From the IMG/VR virus record IMGVR_UViG_3300002498_000005, positions 1-64,000 of that record: DNA of 64,000 nt; one strand, given 5' to 3'. The first letter of the stretch is position 1. Every line of letters starts with the position of its first letter. This stretch comes from a virus. This document shows, piece by piece, positions 1-9,635 of this stretch. Position numbers and translations under genes: made by a program. Under the pieces are notes generated by a model. That model was not told where the DNA came from. It was given only the letters and a program-made list of their open reading frames with translations, and ran no database searches.

Positions 1-17
1 TCTTTCTCTTTTATTAA

Positions 18-47
18 TTATATCATATATAGGATAACATTGTCAAA
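18..47 (-). promoter_or_regulatory. sigmaA-type promoter
   Basis: TTGACA-18-TATAAT on minus strand. Confidence 0.7.
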
Positions 48-69
48 TATTTTTTGTAAATAAAACCAA

Positions 70-354
70 TTAATTAACACATTTTCTCATTTCATAATCT
101 AGGGGAAATACCGTAATTAGTACATCTTCAAATGAAAAACAATACAAATATCCATTAAAAATTCTCCATTTATATTTACGATCATACTCAAGAACTTGTC
201 TGTCTAAGTATTTATGTAGTTTACCACGCGTTTCAGCATGAGTGATTCCTTCTCTAAGTGCTTTATCTGCTATTTTACTGACAGATTTTTTATTCAACCC
301 AAGACGTTGTCTCATTCTTTTCTCTGCGTGTTTTGTTAGTACCATTGGCTTCAC
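70..354 (-). CDS. Hypothetical protein, DUF4258/RelE-like N-terminus
   Basis: LTKHAEKRMRQR motif; GGAGG RBS. Confidence 0.5.
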   Translation of the reverse strand: MKPMVLTKHAEKRMRQRLGLNKKSVSKIADKALREGITHAETRGKLHKYLDRQVLEYDRKYKWRIFNGYLYCFSFEDVLITVFPLDYEMRKCVN

Positions 355-440
355 CTCCTAAATAAAACAATATAACTTGTCCACAATAAGGCAAGGTAGG
401 TATATTATGGAAATAAAATAATATAAAAAAATATAATATT

Positions 441-803
441 TTATTGTTTAATTAAATCTCCTACCCAAAATATCCATTGTGGCTTTGTTGTGTCTTCTTT
501 TAATACAACTAACTTAGGAACCCTACCATACTTTTCTTCGTATTCAACTGTGAAAACATCGTTTTGATGACTCTCTACCCATGTACGATATTTTTCGGTT
601 AAGTTTAGATAGTCTGGTTGCGCCATAATCTCATCTATATCAAGTTTAACTTTTACGCCCTCTGGGATTGGCTTATTCTTTTCGTCATAAATCTTTGTCC
701 TTGCCATAAAATCTTCTAATTTTTTAGTATCTGTTTTGTTTTTTGAAAGCCTACCATTTTTACCATACAAAGAATCGCTATAATGTTTATTTATTTTGAC
801 CAC
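441..803 (-). CDS. Hypothetical phage protein
   Basis: ORF with RBS, next to junction site 815. Confidence 0.6.
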   Translation of the reverse strand: MVKINKHYSDSLYGKNGRLSKNKTDTKKLEDFMARTKIYDEKNKPIPEGVKVKLDIDEIMAQPDYLNLTEKYRTWVESHQNDVFTVEYEEKYGRVPKLVVLKEDTTKPQWIFWVGDLIKQ

Positions 804-827
804 TTCCTTCGTTATAAAATTCCTATT

Positions 828-1058
828 CTATTTACTCTCAATTAAGTTAATAATCTCTTCATACGTATAGTCTATCCCATCAAAATTAAATATTATGGTA
901 TCGCCCGTAGGATTTGTAAGATCAAATGGAGAAAATATACAATAATAATCCTCCCCGAAGGCATACCCAATCCCATCGGCGCAATGATTAATTACATCTG
1001 CGGGTATGTCCGTATGTCCATTTTTTAAATTAATTTTAAAATGCAGTATCGGTTTCAT
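828..1058 (-). CDS. Hypothetical protein
   Basis: RBS; stop inside site 815. Confidence 0.6.
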   Translation of the reverse strand: MKPILHFKINLKNGHTDIPADVINHCADGIGYAFGEDYYCIFSPFDLTNPTGDTIIFNFDGIDYTYEEIINLIESK

Positions 1059-1096
1059 TATATCCCCCTTTTTATTAAATAGAATCTACTTTTTAT

Positions 1097-1261
1097 TCAC
1101 CAATATCTATCCCTATAATGTCTAATCATCCATTCTGGGACATCTGGATAGAATATGGTTACATATCTATGAAATACACGATAAAGTTTAGAAGCTTTAA
1201 TTCTATGACCTTTATCCTCTTCTTCGGCAATCCATTTTGCCAACAGGTTTAAATCAATCAT
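1097..1261 (-). CDS. Small hypothetical protein (54 aa, not in ORF track)
   Basis: GAGGTG RBS, MIDLNLLAKW...YW*, fills the unit between sites 1080 and 1276. Confidence 0.55.
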   Translation of the reverse strand: MIDLNLLAKWIAEEEDKGHRIKASKLYRVFHRYVTIFYPDVPEWMIRHYRDRYW

Positions 1262-1295
1262 GATAACACCTCAAATAAAAATTTCATTTTATTCA

Positions 1296-1775
1296 TTAAA
1301 TCCAACCATTAAACTTTAGATTTTTCTTCCAGCACCTTAAACACCTTTTATTTTGAAACCAATTTTTTATTTTAATTATTATCTTCCTTAATTTAGTATC
1401 TTTTTTACAAGAATATTTTACTTCTAAATTTTTCATATGTTGTACACAATGCCCATATGTCACTATATTATCAATCTCTTTACTTGTGATATTTTCAAAA
1501 CATTCGCCCTTATCACCGAATATAGAACACTCCACTCCACATTTACCGCCCATCCCATTATAAAAACACTCATCACTACCACCATTTGTCGCCCATACGT
1601 CATAAGAATTTTCTTCTCGTTTTATACGCGGTTCTAACTCGGTTTCAATTCTAAATTCTGCGTGGCTTAAATTAGAATACATTATTTGACTTTCTTTTTC
1701 TAATTCATCTATTCTATCTCCGCGCTTGCGATAACTCCAGAGCAAATCATTATATTTTTCTTCCCAAGTATCCAT
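1296..1775 (-). CDS. Hypothetical Cys-rich protein
   Basis: AGGAG RBS; bounded by sites 1276/1791. Confidence 0.65.
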   Translation of the reverse strand: MDTWEEKYNDLLWSYRKRGDRIDELEKESQIMYSNLSHAEFRIETELEPRIKREENSYDVWATNGGSDECFYNGMGGKCGVECSIFGDKGECFENITSKEIDNIVTYGHCVQHMKNLEVKYSCKKDTKLRKIIIKIKNWFQNKRCLRCWKKNLKFNGWI

Positions 1776-1807
1776 TTATTCTCCTTTGATTAAAATTACA
1801 ATTTTAT

Positions 1808-2014
1808 TTACATTCTAGCGTTTAAAAATTCTCTTAAGCAATAAAACTCATATCCAACTTGTTTTAATAGACTATCTGGTTCTTTAAATTCACTTGCTTG
1901 AACCCATTTAAAATCATTGTTTATATAAATTAAAAACCAAACACCTGTAATATTATCTTTGGTATCATATATGGTATACATGGTATTATCTTTTTTATAT
2001 CTAGCCTCGAACAT
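1808..2014 (-). CDS. Hypothetical protein
   Basis: RBS; between sites 1791/2031. Confidence 0.6.
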   Translation of the reverse strand: MFEARYKKDNTMYTIYDTKDNITGVWFLIYINNDFKWVQASEFKEPDSLLKQVGYEFYCLREFLNARM

Positions 2015-2043
2015 TATTTCTCCTTCGTTATAAAATCAATATT

Positions 2044-2235
2044 TTAATTGTCATTATAATATATCATATCGGCAAGTACTTTTCTACATTCAGTACATAG
2101 ATGTACATTGGTTATATCTAATTTGATTTTTGGTCTAACTATTTCACCCCAATTTTGTTCATCTACCCAACAAGGAAACTCAAATGTCCTTTGGTCTGTT
2201 TCTGCATTACAAATATTACAAATATATTTAATCAT
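2044..2235 (-). CDS. Small zinc-finger-like protein
   Basis: CxxC...HLCxxC; stop in site 2031. Confidence 0.6.
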   Translation of the reverse strand: MIKYICNICNAETDQRTFEFPCWVDEQNWGEIVRPKIKLDITNVHLCTECRKVLADMIYYNDN

Positions 2236-2397
2236 TTATCTGCTTCTATCTCCTTATCTTAATAAATATCTTTGTTGTTTTTTAATATCCTTCTAAATTT
2301 TCTGCGGTTATATCTTTTTTCAAATCTAAGTAAATTCAATCTAGCGTGATCGCAATAATAATGTCTTGCAAATTTATCTTCGCGAGTAAGTTTTTTA

Positions 2398-2619
2398 TTA
2401 AGGTTTCTTTTCATATAATGCCTCATCTTCAATAACTTGCAATAGACAATCATTAAGCCCGTCAATCCCTAAATCACAATGTTCAATTATATCCACATCA
2501 CCATACCCGTCGTCATCATAGTAAGAATATTCGATCCTATTATAAGGACAAGAGCAACAATCTCCAGCAACAAAATCATCGTCAACTTCAAATTCTATCA
2601 AGTATGTAGCCTTTTTCAT
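2398..2619 (-). CDS. Hypothetical acidic Cys-containing protein
   Basis: GGAGGTG RBS. Confidence 0.55.
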   Translation of the reverse strand: MKKATYLIEFEVDDDFVAGDCCSCPYNRIEYSYYDDDGYGDVDIIEHCDLGIDGLNDCLLQVIEDEALYEKKP

Positions 2620-2651
2620 TGTGACACCTCCAATTAGAATGTACCTTTTAT

Positions 2652-2960
2652 TTACATAGTTTGATTATATAAACTTTCCATTATTTCTTCGAGAGTATCT
2701 AACTCATAAAAATCTTTCGGTCTTGGATATAAAATTCGGCTAAAACATATATTGCAATGATTTATGGTTAATATTAGATGATCTTCCTTATAGTCTTCAG
2801 AAAAACATCTACTAATCCAAAACTTCAAGTCATTTTTATAACAATTTTCCCATCTTGTTTTTGCTATTTCATTCACTTTATTTTGAATACAATCTATTAT
2901 ATCTGTACCATCTATCATTAAATTTCTCCTTTTGTTCGAAAAATTAATAATACCATCCAC
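2652..2960 (-). CDS. Hypothetical protein (start probably at internal MIDG)
   Basis: AGGAG precedes the internal ATG. Confidence 0.55.
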   Translation of the reverse strand: MDGIINFSNKRRNLMIDGTDIIDCIQNKVNEIAKTRWENCYKNDLKFWISRCFSEDYKEDHLILTINHCNICFSRILYPRPKDFYELDTLEEIMESLYNQTM

Positions 2961-3210
2961 GTTGTTTCTCTCCTTGGTTTCTTGGTTCGCGAAATGTTGT
3001 ATTATAATTATCAGTTACTATTAAATATTGTTTGAGCGCCTCGTGCATGTCTACCCATTCGTCTATATCTTTTATATATACATCGTAATTTTTTATGAAG
3101 TCTGAATCACAGTCCCCATCTTCGAAATATACAACAATCTCACTCATCCCATGAATATTAAAATCATTGCTACTGCCTAGGCTCCCAGTATTTTTATTTC
3201 TTATTTTCAT
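2944..3210 (-). CDS. Hypothetical protein
   Basis: GGAG RBS. Confidence 0.6.
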   Translation of the reverse strand: MKIRNKNTGSLGSSNDFNIHGMSEIVVYFEDGDCDSDFIKNYDVYIKDIDEWVDMHEALKQYLIVTDNYNTTFREPRNQGEKQRGWYY

Positions 3211-3245
3211 ATTTATCTCCCTAATATCAAAGGCTCATTTCATAT

Positions 3246-3605
3246 TTATTCACTCAATATTTGTTCTAGTGATATTACACGATAAGCATATTCCTTTTGC
3301 GGTCTGCTAAAGTTTTGCAATCCAGCATTTCTCAGCCTAGCCAATATTGCCTGGAGTTCTTCGTATTCATCTTTAATACTTCTTCTTTCGATGCGAACTT
3401 TCTTTAGGGATTTCAGAAGTTTACTGCCAGCAACAGCATCATATTTTTCAAATTCAATATAATGTAATATATCCTGTTCTTTTAAATCGTAATTACTTTT
3501 AAGACGATGTAATTCAGCGAATCTTTTTGTCAATGTCTCTTGGAGATTTTTTACACTTTCCGTTGGCGTCATATGCTTGTCCTCTTTCGTTTTATTATTA
3601 TACAC
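3246..3605 (-). CDS. Coiled-coil hypothetical protein with own promoter
   Basis: ORF; TTGACA-17-TATAAT at 3608-3636. Confidence 0.6.
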   Translation of the reverse strand: MYNNKTKEDKHMTPTESVKNLQETLTKRFAELHRLKSNYDLKEQDILHYIEFEKYDAVAGSKLLKSLKKVRIERRSIKDEYEELQAILARLRNAGLQNFSRPQKEYAYRVISLEQILSE

Positions 3606-3607
3606 AT

Positions 3608-3636
3608 ATTATACCAAATTAAACCAAGTTTGTCAA
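3608..3636 (-). promoter_or_regulatory. sigmaA-type promoter
   Basis: TTGACA-17-TATAAT with extended -10 TG. Confidence 0.75.
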
Positions 3637-3700
3637 CTAGTTATTTCATTTAATACTAAATTATACCAAGTTATTTGTAGTGTCATTTAAATGCGTTATC

Positions 3701-4075
3701 TTATTTCCAGATAACCTTTTCTACGACCTGTTTGGGATTTCTTTTGCGCCATTCTTTGTTTGACCACAATTTGAATTTTAAATAAGAAATTAAATCAAGC
3801 TTCATACATCTACCATTAAATTTAATAATATCGGCGTGAATTTCATATTTCCAATAATCGCTACCCTCGCCAAAAAATGATCCATACCATGCCTTTTTTG
3901 TTTCCCAACAATTATACTTATTAAATTCTCTCATAAATGTATCAAAATTTCCCCACCCGATAGGCAAATGTTCTATTTTATTCATGTGAAGATGAATAAA
4001 CCATGAAGTCAAAATTGCGTATATGCCAGCCACGATACTTAAAACCATTAAAAAAATTAATATTTTTATTGTCAT
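3701..4075 (-). CDS. Membrane-anchored hypothetical protein
   Basis: N-terminal hydrophobic helix; AGGAG RBS. Confidence 0.6.
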   Translation of the reverse strand: MTIKILIFLMVLSIVAGIYAILTSWFIHLHMNKIEHLPIGWGNFDTFMREFNKYNCWETKKAWYGSFFGEGSDYWKYEIHADIIKFNGRCMKLDLISYLKFKLWSNKEWRKRNPKQVVEKVIWK

Positions 4076-4109
4076 TTGTATTCTCCTTATAAATTTCTAT
4101 CTATATACT

Positions 4110-4138
4110 ATTATAGCACATAATGGCATTATTGTCAA
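4110..4138 (-). promoter_or_regulatory. sigmaA-type promoter overlapped by an inverted repeat
   Basis: TTGACA-17-TATAAT; TATAGCACATA...TATGTGCTATA arms. Confidence 0.7.
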
Positions 4139-4409
4139 TATGTGCTATAAATAGAACCCTCATTTTATTCAATTTTACCAACCCGATTTATATGTTTGTT
4201 CTTTCTTTTTCATTGCTGTGTCAAAACGTTTTTCAATTTTACGTTCTTGCTCTTTCTTTTTGCCAACTTCATTGCATACGTGACGGATAATAGAACTTGT
4301 TTTAGACATTCTTTAACCACTCCTTTTTATTTATACTTATCTATATTCAAAACTTTATAATAATATGACTACTATTTTGAATATATTTTTGAGTAGTTAA
4401 AATCCTCTT

Positions 4410-4625
4410 TTATCCTTTATATTTTAATATCAAAAATATAGGTACTACTATCATTAATAACGCTTCGCCAACAATACATATTTCGGGTAATACCCCATAT
4501 CCCGAAACCATACCTAATATTAATAACGCAGATATTGTTCCTGTTATTAATAGCATAATTAATAATTCTACTAACTGTCTTATTTGTTTGCCCATCGGGC
4601 TATCTCCTCCGTTTAAAACGCGCAT
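4410..4625 (-). CDS. Small two-TM membrane protein (true start likely MGKQ)
   Basis: Two hydrophobic segments; GGAGGAG RBS before internal ATG. Confidence 0.6.
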   Translation of the reverse strand: MRVLNGGDSPMGKQIRQLVELLIMLLITGTISALLILGMVSGYGVLPEICIVGEALLMIVVPIFLILKYKG

Positions 4626-4630
4626 TTTAT

Positions 4631-5122
4631 TTATATAGTAAAATATTCTATCCCTTTTAATTTATGGACTCTCTTGTGCTTAGACATAACCCATATCGAA
4701 TAGTCTTTATATGTTTGATTCATAGTGTCTTTAAGGGCTTGAAGCCTCTTGTCACTAGTTCGATTAAATATATCAACCTCTATCAAGATAACTTTATTCG
4801 ACTGCAATATCATAAGACAATCGACTTTAAAGGTTTTTACTTGAGCCTCACGCTCTATATATTTGATTTCGTCTTTGAGCTTTAAGGCAATATCATTAAT
4901 TACCAAACTATGGAAACTAGGTAATTTGTTGGTGTAGTATACTTTTTTGCCGAGCATTGGGTGTATATCTGCCTTTAATAAATTATTGTCAGTCAGCATC
5001 TTTAACCGATTCGCTGATGCCCTGTAACCAGAAAAGAAAAGTTGGGCAATTTGTTCAATGGTTGCGCCCTTATTGGTTTCAATCCATTTGATTATTTCGG
5101 AGTCTCTTTCCATCAATTTCAT
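4631..5122 (-). CDS. Replication-relaxation family protein (wHTH + PD-(D/E)xK nuclease-like)
   Basis: ERDSEII..TIEQIAQLFF..RLKML and D..ILIEVD motifs; coupled to FtsK-like gene. Confidence 0.7.
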   Translation of the reverse strand: MKLMERDSEIIKWIETNKGATIEQIAQLFFSGYRASANRLKMLTDNNLLKADIHPMLGKKVYYTNKLPSFHSLVINDIALKLKDEIKYIEREAQVKTFKVDCLMILQSNKVILIEVDIFNRTSDKRLQALKDTMNQTYKDYSIWVMSKHKRVHKLKGIEYFTI

Positions 5123-5874
5123 TTTTTTAACAACTCCAATATGCTATCAATATTATTGTCTTTAGGAGGCGTATTATCGTCTATAAGGCGCGGTTCTACG
5201 GTTTTAGCATTAATTATCATAGGTTTAAAGCGTTTGATTTTATCTCTTAGATATTGTTGAATTATCTCGTGACTTACAGTAAAACTATATCCAACTTGCT
5301 CATCTAATGTTTTACAGATAAACTGTCTCTCTTTTAAGTTAGTTGCATTACCATTTCCCAGTACTGCCATGCTAGATGGGAGATCAACAATCTTGAATGA
5401 TATTCGCGTACACAACTGGGCTTTAATATCAGTAGGAATGCTATCAGCAGTAGGCTTCTGAAGGCTGGTAATTAAAAATATCCCAGAGGCTCTCCCTACG
5501 TTTACTAACGTCTTGATATGTTTTAAACATTGAAATTTAAGAGCCTTTTCATCCTTACTATCCCCTTTTGATATATTTAAAAAGGAAAACTCATCTATAA
5601 CCACATAGGTATATTTTAGTTTATTAATAGTAAATTTATTATAATCTCCAATACTAAAATATCCTTTCGTATTATCAATTAATATTTCTCTTCTTCTACA
5701 TTCTTTATCTATTTTTTCTAAGCAAGCTAAGACATCTGGAAGAGATTTTGCAAACGTTTTGACATTTTGTGTATTGGCGAAAATCCCTAAATCATTTTTC
5801 CTAAGTTGTAACATATGTATTTCGGCATCTGTTTGTATTAAATTAGTTAGAATCTGGAGCAATAATCTGGATTT
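5119..5874 (-). CDS. FtsK/SpoIIIE-like ATPase, exon 2
   Basis: Begins KSRLLLQ (end of Walker A); YVVIDEF Walker B; GRASGI..QKP motif. Confidence 0.85.
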   Translation of the reverse strand, partial: KSRLLLQILTNLIQTDAEIHMLQLRKNDLGIFANTQNVKTFAKSLPDVLACLEKIDKECRRREILIDNTKGYFSIGDYNKFTINKLKYTYVVIDEFSFLNISKGDSKDEKALKFQCLKHIKTLVNVGRASGIFLITSLQKPTADSIPTDIKAQLCTRISFKIVDLPSSMAVLGNGNATNLKERQFICKTLDEQVGYSFTVSHEIIQQYLRDKIKRFKPMIINAKTVEPRLIDDNTPPKDNNIDSILELLKK

Positions 5875-6108
5875 CGATTTTGTTACCCTATAGGCTTTTT
5901 ATCCTATAGTTCTTACACTTTACCATTGTGTAAGTCCAGCATATATTTTCACCTTTAACTTAATAGTAAGGTGGCGGAGGCTCTTGGATGGATTGTTGCT
6001 TTCATATTAACGCTCACCATCTATGCGTTACATACTATATTAGATATTATAGCACTCGGTATTATCCAATTAATCGGAGGACTTCACCGAAACACTCCGC
6101 TAATAATC

Positions 6109-7065
6109 TTAAATATTACTATTTAAGACGGCAATAACTTTATCGTATTTACGGTCAAGATATATATTAGCATCAAAATACATATCTTTTATTAGCCTTT
6201 TACTATCAGAACAATTAATAGCCAAATTATGAACGTTAGTTGTTGATGTTTTTTTCTCTATTCTATGGTGCCCTATGTTGAATTTATTGATTGCCATATC
6301 TATAAAAGATTGAGTTGCCATAAAACTTAGCCCAAGAGACTTGGTACGTCTCACTAAAATATACCCGTCTGCATCCACGTATCCTCTTAAATAATGAATT
6401 AATAATCCGCTTGGTACTGCCGTACAAAACTTCAACATTTCTGTTTTTCTCGGTGCGACCCCTAGTTTTATCAAATCATTGCAAATCTTTGTATTATAGA
6501 TACAGATTCTACATGCTTCATATGTTTTATTAGTGGCTTTCAAATACACAGATTTTAATTTTATATTATTGTCGCTTATCCCAATGAATTTACAGAATTT
6601 TTTTAAATGGCTTATATCTTTTATCGCTAATGCTATTTCTAAATTCATAGATTTGACTTTGCCATCCCTTATGTGTTCGCATATACATCCGTCGGCAGAT
6701 ATAAAACCCAACCAATATGCCTTTTCTTCGCTGTTTATATTTTCAAACACATCTTCATTGTAAGTAAATTTAATACTTGAATTAGAAATAGTTTCGCCAC
6801 GACTTTTAATATAGTCTGATAAATCTCCGCGATTAATGTTTAATATTTTTTGAATTTCAGTAAGCGACTTTCCTTGTCTCCAGAGCATATACCCCTCTTC
6901 TTTTTTATTAGAAGCGTTAATATTATAAGCCCCATTTTCTATTCCAATACGCTTAATAACCCTTCTTGACGTAGTGGTTATTCTTTCTATTTCTTTTTGA
7001 CTTCGGTTTTGATTTATTAGTTCAATAATTTGATGCTCTAATTCTTCAGATATTTTTGCTGGCAA
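6109..7065 (-). CDS. Intron-encoded LAGLIDADG homing endonuclease
   Basis: YWLGFISADG and YLRGYVDADG motifs; N-terminal HTH-like repeats. Confidence 0.88.
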   Translation of the reverse strand: MPAKISEELEHQIIELINQNRSQKEIERITTTSRRVIKRIGIENGAYNINASNKKEEGYMLWRQGKSLTEIQKILNINRGDLSDYIKSRGETISNSSIKFTYNEDVFENINSEEKAYWLGFISADGCICEHIRDGKVKSMNLEIALAIKDISHLKKFCKFIGISDNNIKLKSVYLKATNKTYEACRICIYNTKICNDLIKLGVAPRKTEMLKFCTAVPSGLLIHYLRGYVDADGYILVRRTKSLGLSFMATQSFIDMAINKFNIGHHRIEKKTSTTNVHNLAINCSDSKRLIKDMYFDANIYLDRKYDKVIAVLNSNI

Positions 7066-7091
7066 ATTATAATCAACTCCTTATAATTACA

Positions 7092-7121
7092 ATTATACCA
7101 TAAAATACTATAAGTTGTCAA
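7092..7121 (-). promoter_or_regulatory. Intron-internal promoter for the endonuclease
   Basis: TTGACA-18-TATAAT with TG; AAGGAG RBS downstream. Confidence 0.7.
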
Positions 7122-7125
7122 TATT

Positions 7126-7572
7126 ACCAGAACCAGTCTCGCCCGCAATCAAACAATGTGGGAATTGATTCATATCCACTCTAAGAGAGTCTTTTAACCC
7201 TTCGCCAACTAATAATATATTTGGTGGCAATTTTTGAGGCTCATAATCAGTATAAATATAATCTTTAACGCAATATAGATATACAATATTCCCTTCTGAT
7301 TCTAATAGTATATTGTCATACCCCAGACCCTCTGAGAAGATATCTATGTCTTGTCTTAGATGTTCTACGGTATATCCATAAGGAAGTTCAATCTCTAAGA
7401 TATTTCCATATATAGTCCTATAAATTTTCCAAAGTTTAATATCTTTATCTAATTTATTGGTGAACTGAGTTCTTGAGTGCATTATTTGTCTCCATTTTAT
7501 GCGAATAGAGAGCTTATCAAGATTATTAATTGTATACCAGCCCCCACCTAATAATATCGCCTCTGTAATCAT
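7126..7572 (-). CDS. FtsK/SpoIIIE-like ATPase, exon 1
   Basis: Ends PHCLIAGETGSG (truncated Walker A). Confidence 0.85.
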
Positions 7573-7768
7573 TTTTTAGACCTCCTAGCGTCAGGTATAA
7601 GGACATACATTGCAAGGAATATAATAAGTAAACTCATTAATTGTGTGGACGAATTAACTAATTGCTTTTGTATAAAATCTACTATGATCATATCTAAATT
7701 AAACATTAATATCACCTCACATTATTAATATTCAAAAGCTATTCAATTAATTACTCAAAATTTAAAAA

Positions 7769-8083
7769 TTGTTTGAATATATTTTTGAAAATAGGCATAT
7801 AAATGTAAAAAGGAGGTTGATGTCAATGTACACTGGTCAAATTAAGTATCTTGCTATAAAGTACAAAGTTCAAAAGAATGAATTTGAATGTTTTAGAAAC
7901 GGAGTAATATTCAATGATTTGGACAATAATAAAATATCCGTATGGATTACCTCTAATGGAATCTTTGCAGAAATAATAGGGAAAGATATATACGAATATC
8001 AATTAGTCGATACTTGCGGTTTTGAGGATGGCACGTCTCGCGATGTAGTTAATTGGTTGTTGGGAGATGATGCTTCTCCGTAA
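7769..8083 (+). CDS. Hypothetical protein on the opposite strand (start likely ~7826)
   Basis: AGGAGG before internal ATG. Confidence 0.55.
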   Translation: MFEYIFENRHINVKRRLMSMYTGQIKYLAIKYKVQKNEFECFRNGVIFNDLDNNKISVWITSNGIFAEIIGKDIYEYQLVDTCGFEDGTSRDVVNWLLGDDASP

Positions 8084-8142
8084 ATTAATCCTACTTGTTC
8101 AATATAAAAATAATCAAAAAAATTAAAGGAGAGATATATATT

Positions 8143-8703
8143 ATGAAAAAAACATTCGTTGTCTTTATGACCCTACTAAGTGCCTTATTTTTATCCGCTT
8201 GTTCATCTTCAGAAGCCTCTCTTTCACCTACTACAACATTACGTATCCCAGTTGTAATGCCACCATCTATTCCAAACATTACCGTAGGTGAAACTTTAAC
8301 AATCCCAGATATAGGTGAATTTACTGTAGAGAGCATAAAATTTGTGACCAAAGTAAGTCCGTCTAAACCCGATGGATTTTATCTATATTACCAAACTCAA
8401 AATAATGACCAAATAGCGTTAGACATTAAGGTTAAATATAAAAATCTACAATCAGATTCAATTTCAACTGCGTATTTTGCTTCACTCCAAATACAATATG
8501 ATAATAAATACAATTATGACGCTATGAGGTATTCCGAAGAACTCGATGGTTCTACCCTTAATATTTGGGCTGAATTCGAACCTCTAACAAATTATACCGT
8601 GCATTTTATAACCGAATTACCAAAAGAAGCATCGAATGATAGTAAAAGCATAATAGCAACTTTCACAATTGATAATAAGAGTTATTTATTCAAAATTAGA
8701 TAA
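8143..8703 (+). CDS. Lipoprotein (DUF4352-like)
   Basis: AAGGAG RBS, MKKT.. signal peptide, LSAC lipobox. Confidence 0.75.
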   Translation: MKKTFVVFMTLLSALFLSACSSSEASLSPTTTLRIPVVMPPSIPNITVGETLTIPDIGEFTVESIKFVTKVSPSKPDGFYLYYQTQNNDQIALDIKVKYKNLQSDSISTAYFASLQIQYDNKYNYDAMRYSEELDGSTLNIWAEFEPLTNYTVHFITELPKEASNDSKSIIATFTIDNKSYLFKIR

Positions 8704-9110
8704 TAGGAGGCAAATTTAATGTATAAAACTCGTCCACCATAAGGTGCAATTTTCTCGATGTTTCACTGAATAAAATATTACTTTTATTCATCTATATCCT
8801 TATATTCAATATTAATTTCATAAATACAATTACATTTTTTACATTTTTGCTTGCGATATAAAAACGGAAAACTATCATAGCATTCAATTTCATCCCCACA
8901 ATTAGGGCAAATATATTTTTTATATAAACTCATAATAAAACTCCTCATTTATTTACCACTTAACATTTTGTGTAACTGTTTCATTTGCCGTTTACGCAAT
9001 CTTTTAAGTTTAAACCTTTCCCACCAAGTTCTATTTATATCAATTGGGATTTCTAGTATTTCATCTCCAAGCACGATTTTAAGTTTTTTATCAATCTTTG
9101 CTTTACTCAT

Positions 9111-9314
9111 CTAATTATTTAAATACCCATCGTCATACCCGTCATCAAAGCCTTGTTGATATGAGTCCTTATATTCTTTTTGCAATTTTTTTATATATTC
9201 TAAAATAGGGTATACTCCACCAGAACCAATATATTTTTCAATAACATTTTCAATATCTCTTTGATTTTCAATCCAAACCATTTCCCCAAATTTATCAGTA
9301 AATAAAATTTCCAT
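9111..9314 (-). CDS. Hypothetical protein
   Basis: GAGG RBS. Confidence 0.55.
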   Translation of the reverse strand: MEILFTDKFGEMVWIENQRDIENVIEKYIGSGGVYPILEYIKKLQKEYKDSYQQGFDDGYDDGYLNN

Positions 9315-9602
9315 TATATAACCTCACTATTTATTTTAGTCGATGGTTGTCCCAGTTAAAATCTCGCTTTTATCTAATTAAATTTAAAAGTAATATTGGT
9401 ACGCTCATAAATATCCCAACAGATGAATTCATCTTATAAGATTCTTCATTTTTTATCATATTTATTAATGCCCAAATTTGTATTCCCAATAATAATGCCT
9501 GAATTAAATTAATAATACTAATCATATAGTTCCCCTTTAATTTATCTATTGTTTATGCTATACTATGAGAGGTATGTTTCCATACCAACCTCATTTTATT
9601 TT

Positions 9603-9632
9603 GCCCTACTGTCAAGGTAGGGTATTTTTTTT
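9603..9632 (+). terminator. Intrinsic terminator-like hairpin
   Basis: GCCCTAC...GTAGGGT followed by a T-run. Confidence 0.5.
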
Positions 9633-9635
9633 ATT

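Larger units (their letters stand above)
5875..7125 (-). ncRNA. Group I intron in FtsK-like gene
   Basis: 5' site after U (GGT|), terminal G, P1 TGGT|AATA with TATTGCCG including U-G pair, P3 GCGGAG/CTCCGC, 3' hairpins; removal restores GETGSGKS in frame. Confidence 0.85.

Noticed and set aside
5119-5862. Independent gene starting at TTG 5862
   Set aside because: No RBS; it is exon 2 of the spliced gene
6109-7065. Intein in FtsK
   Set aside because: The endonuclease ORF has its own start and stop, lacks intein terminal residues, and the boundaries fit a group I intron
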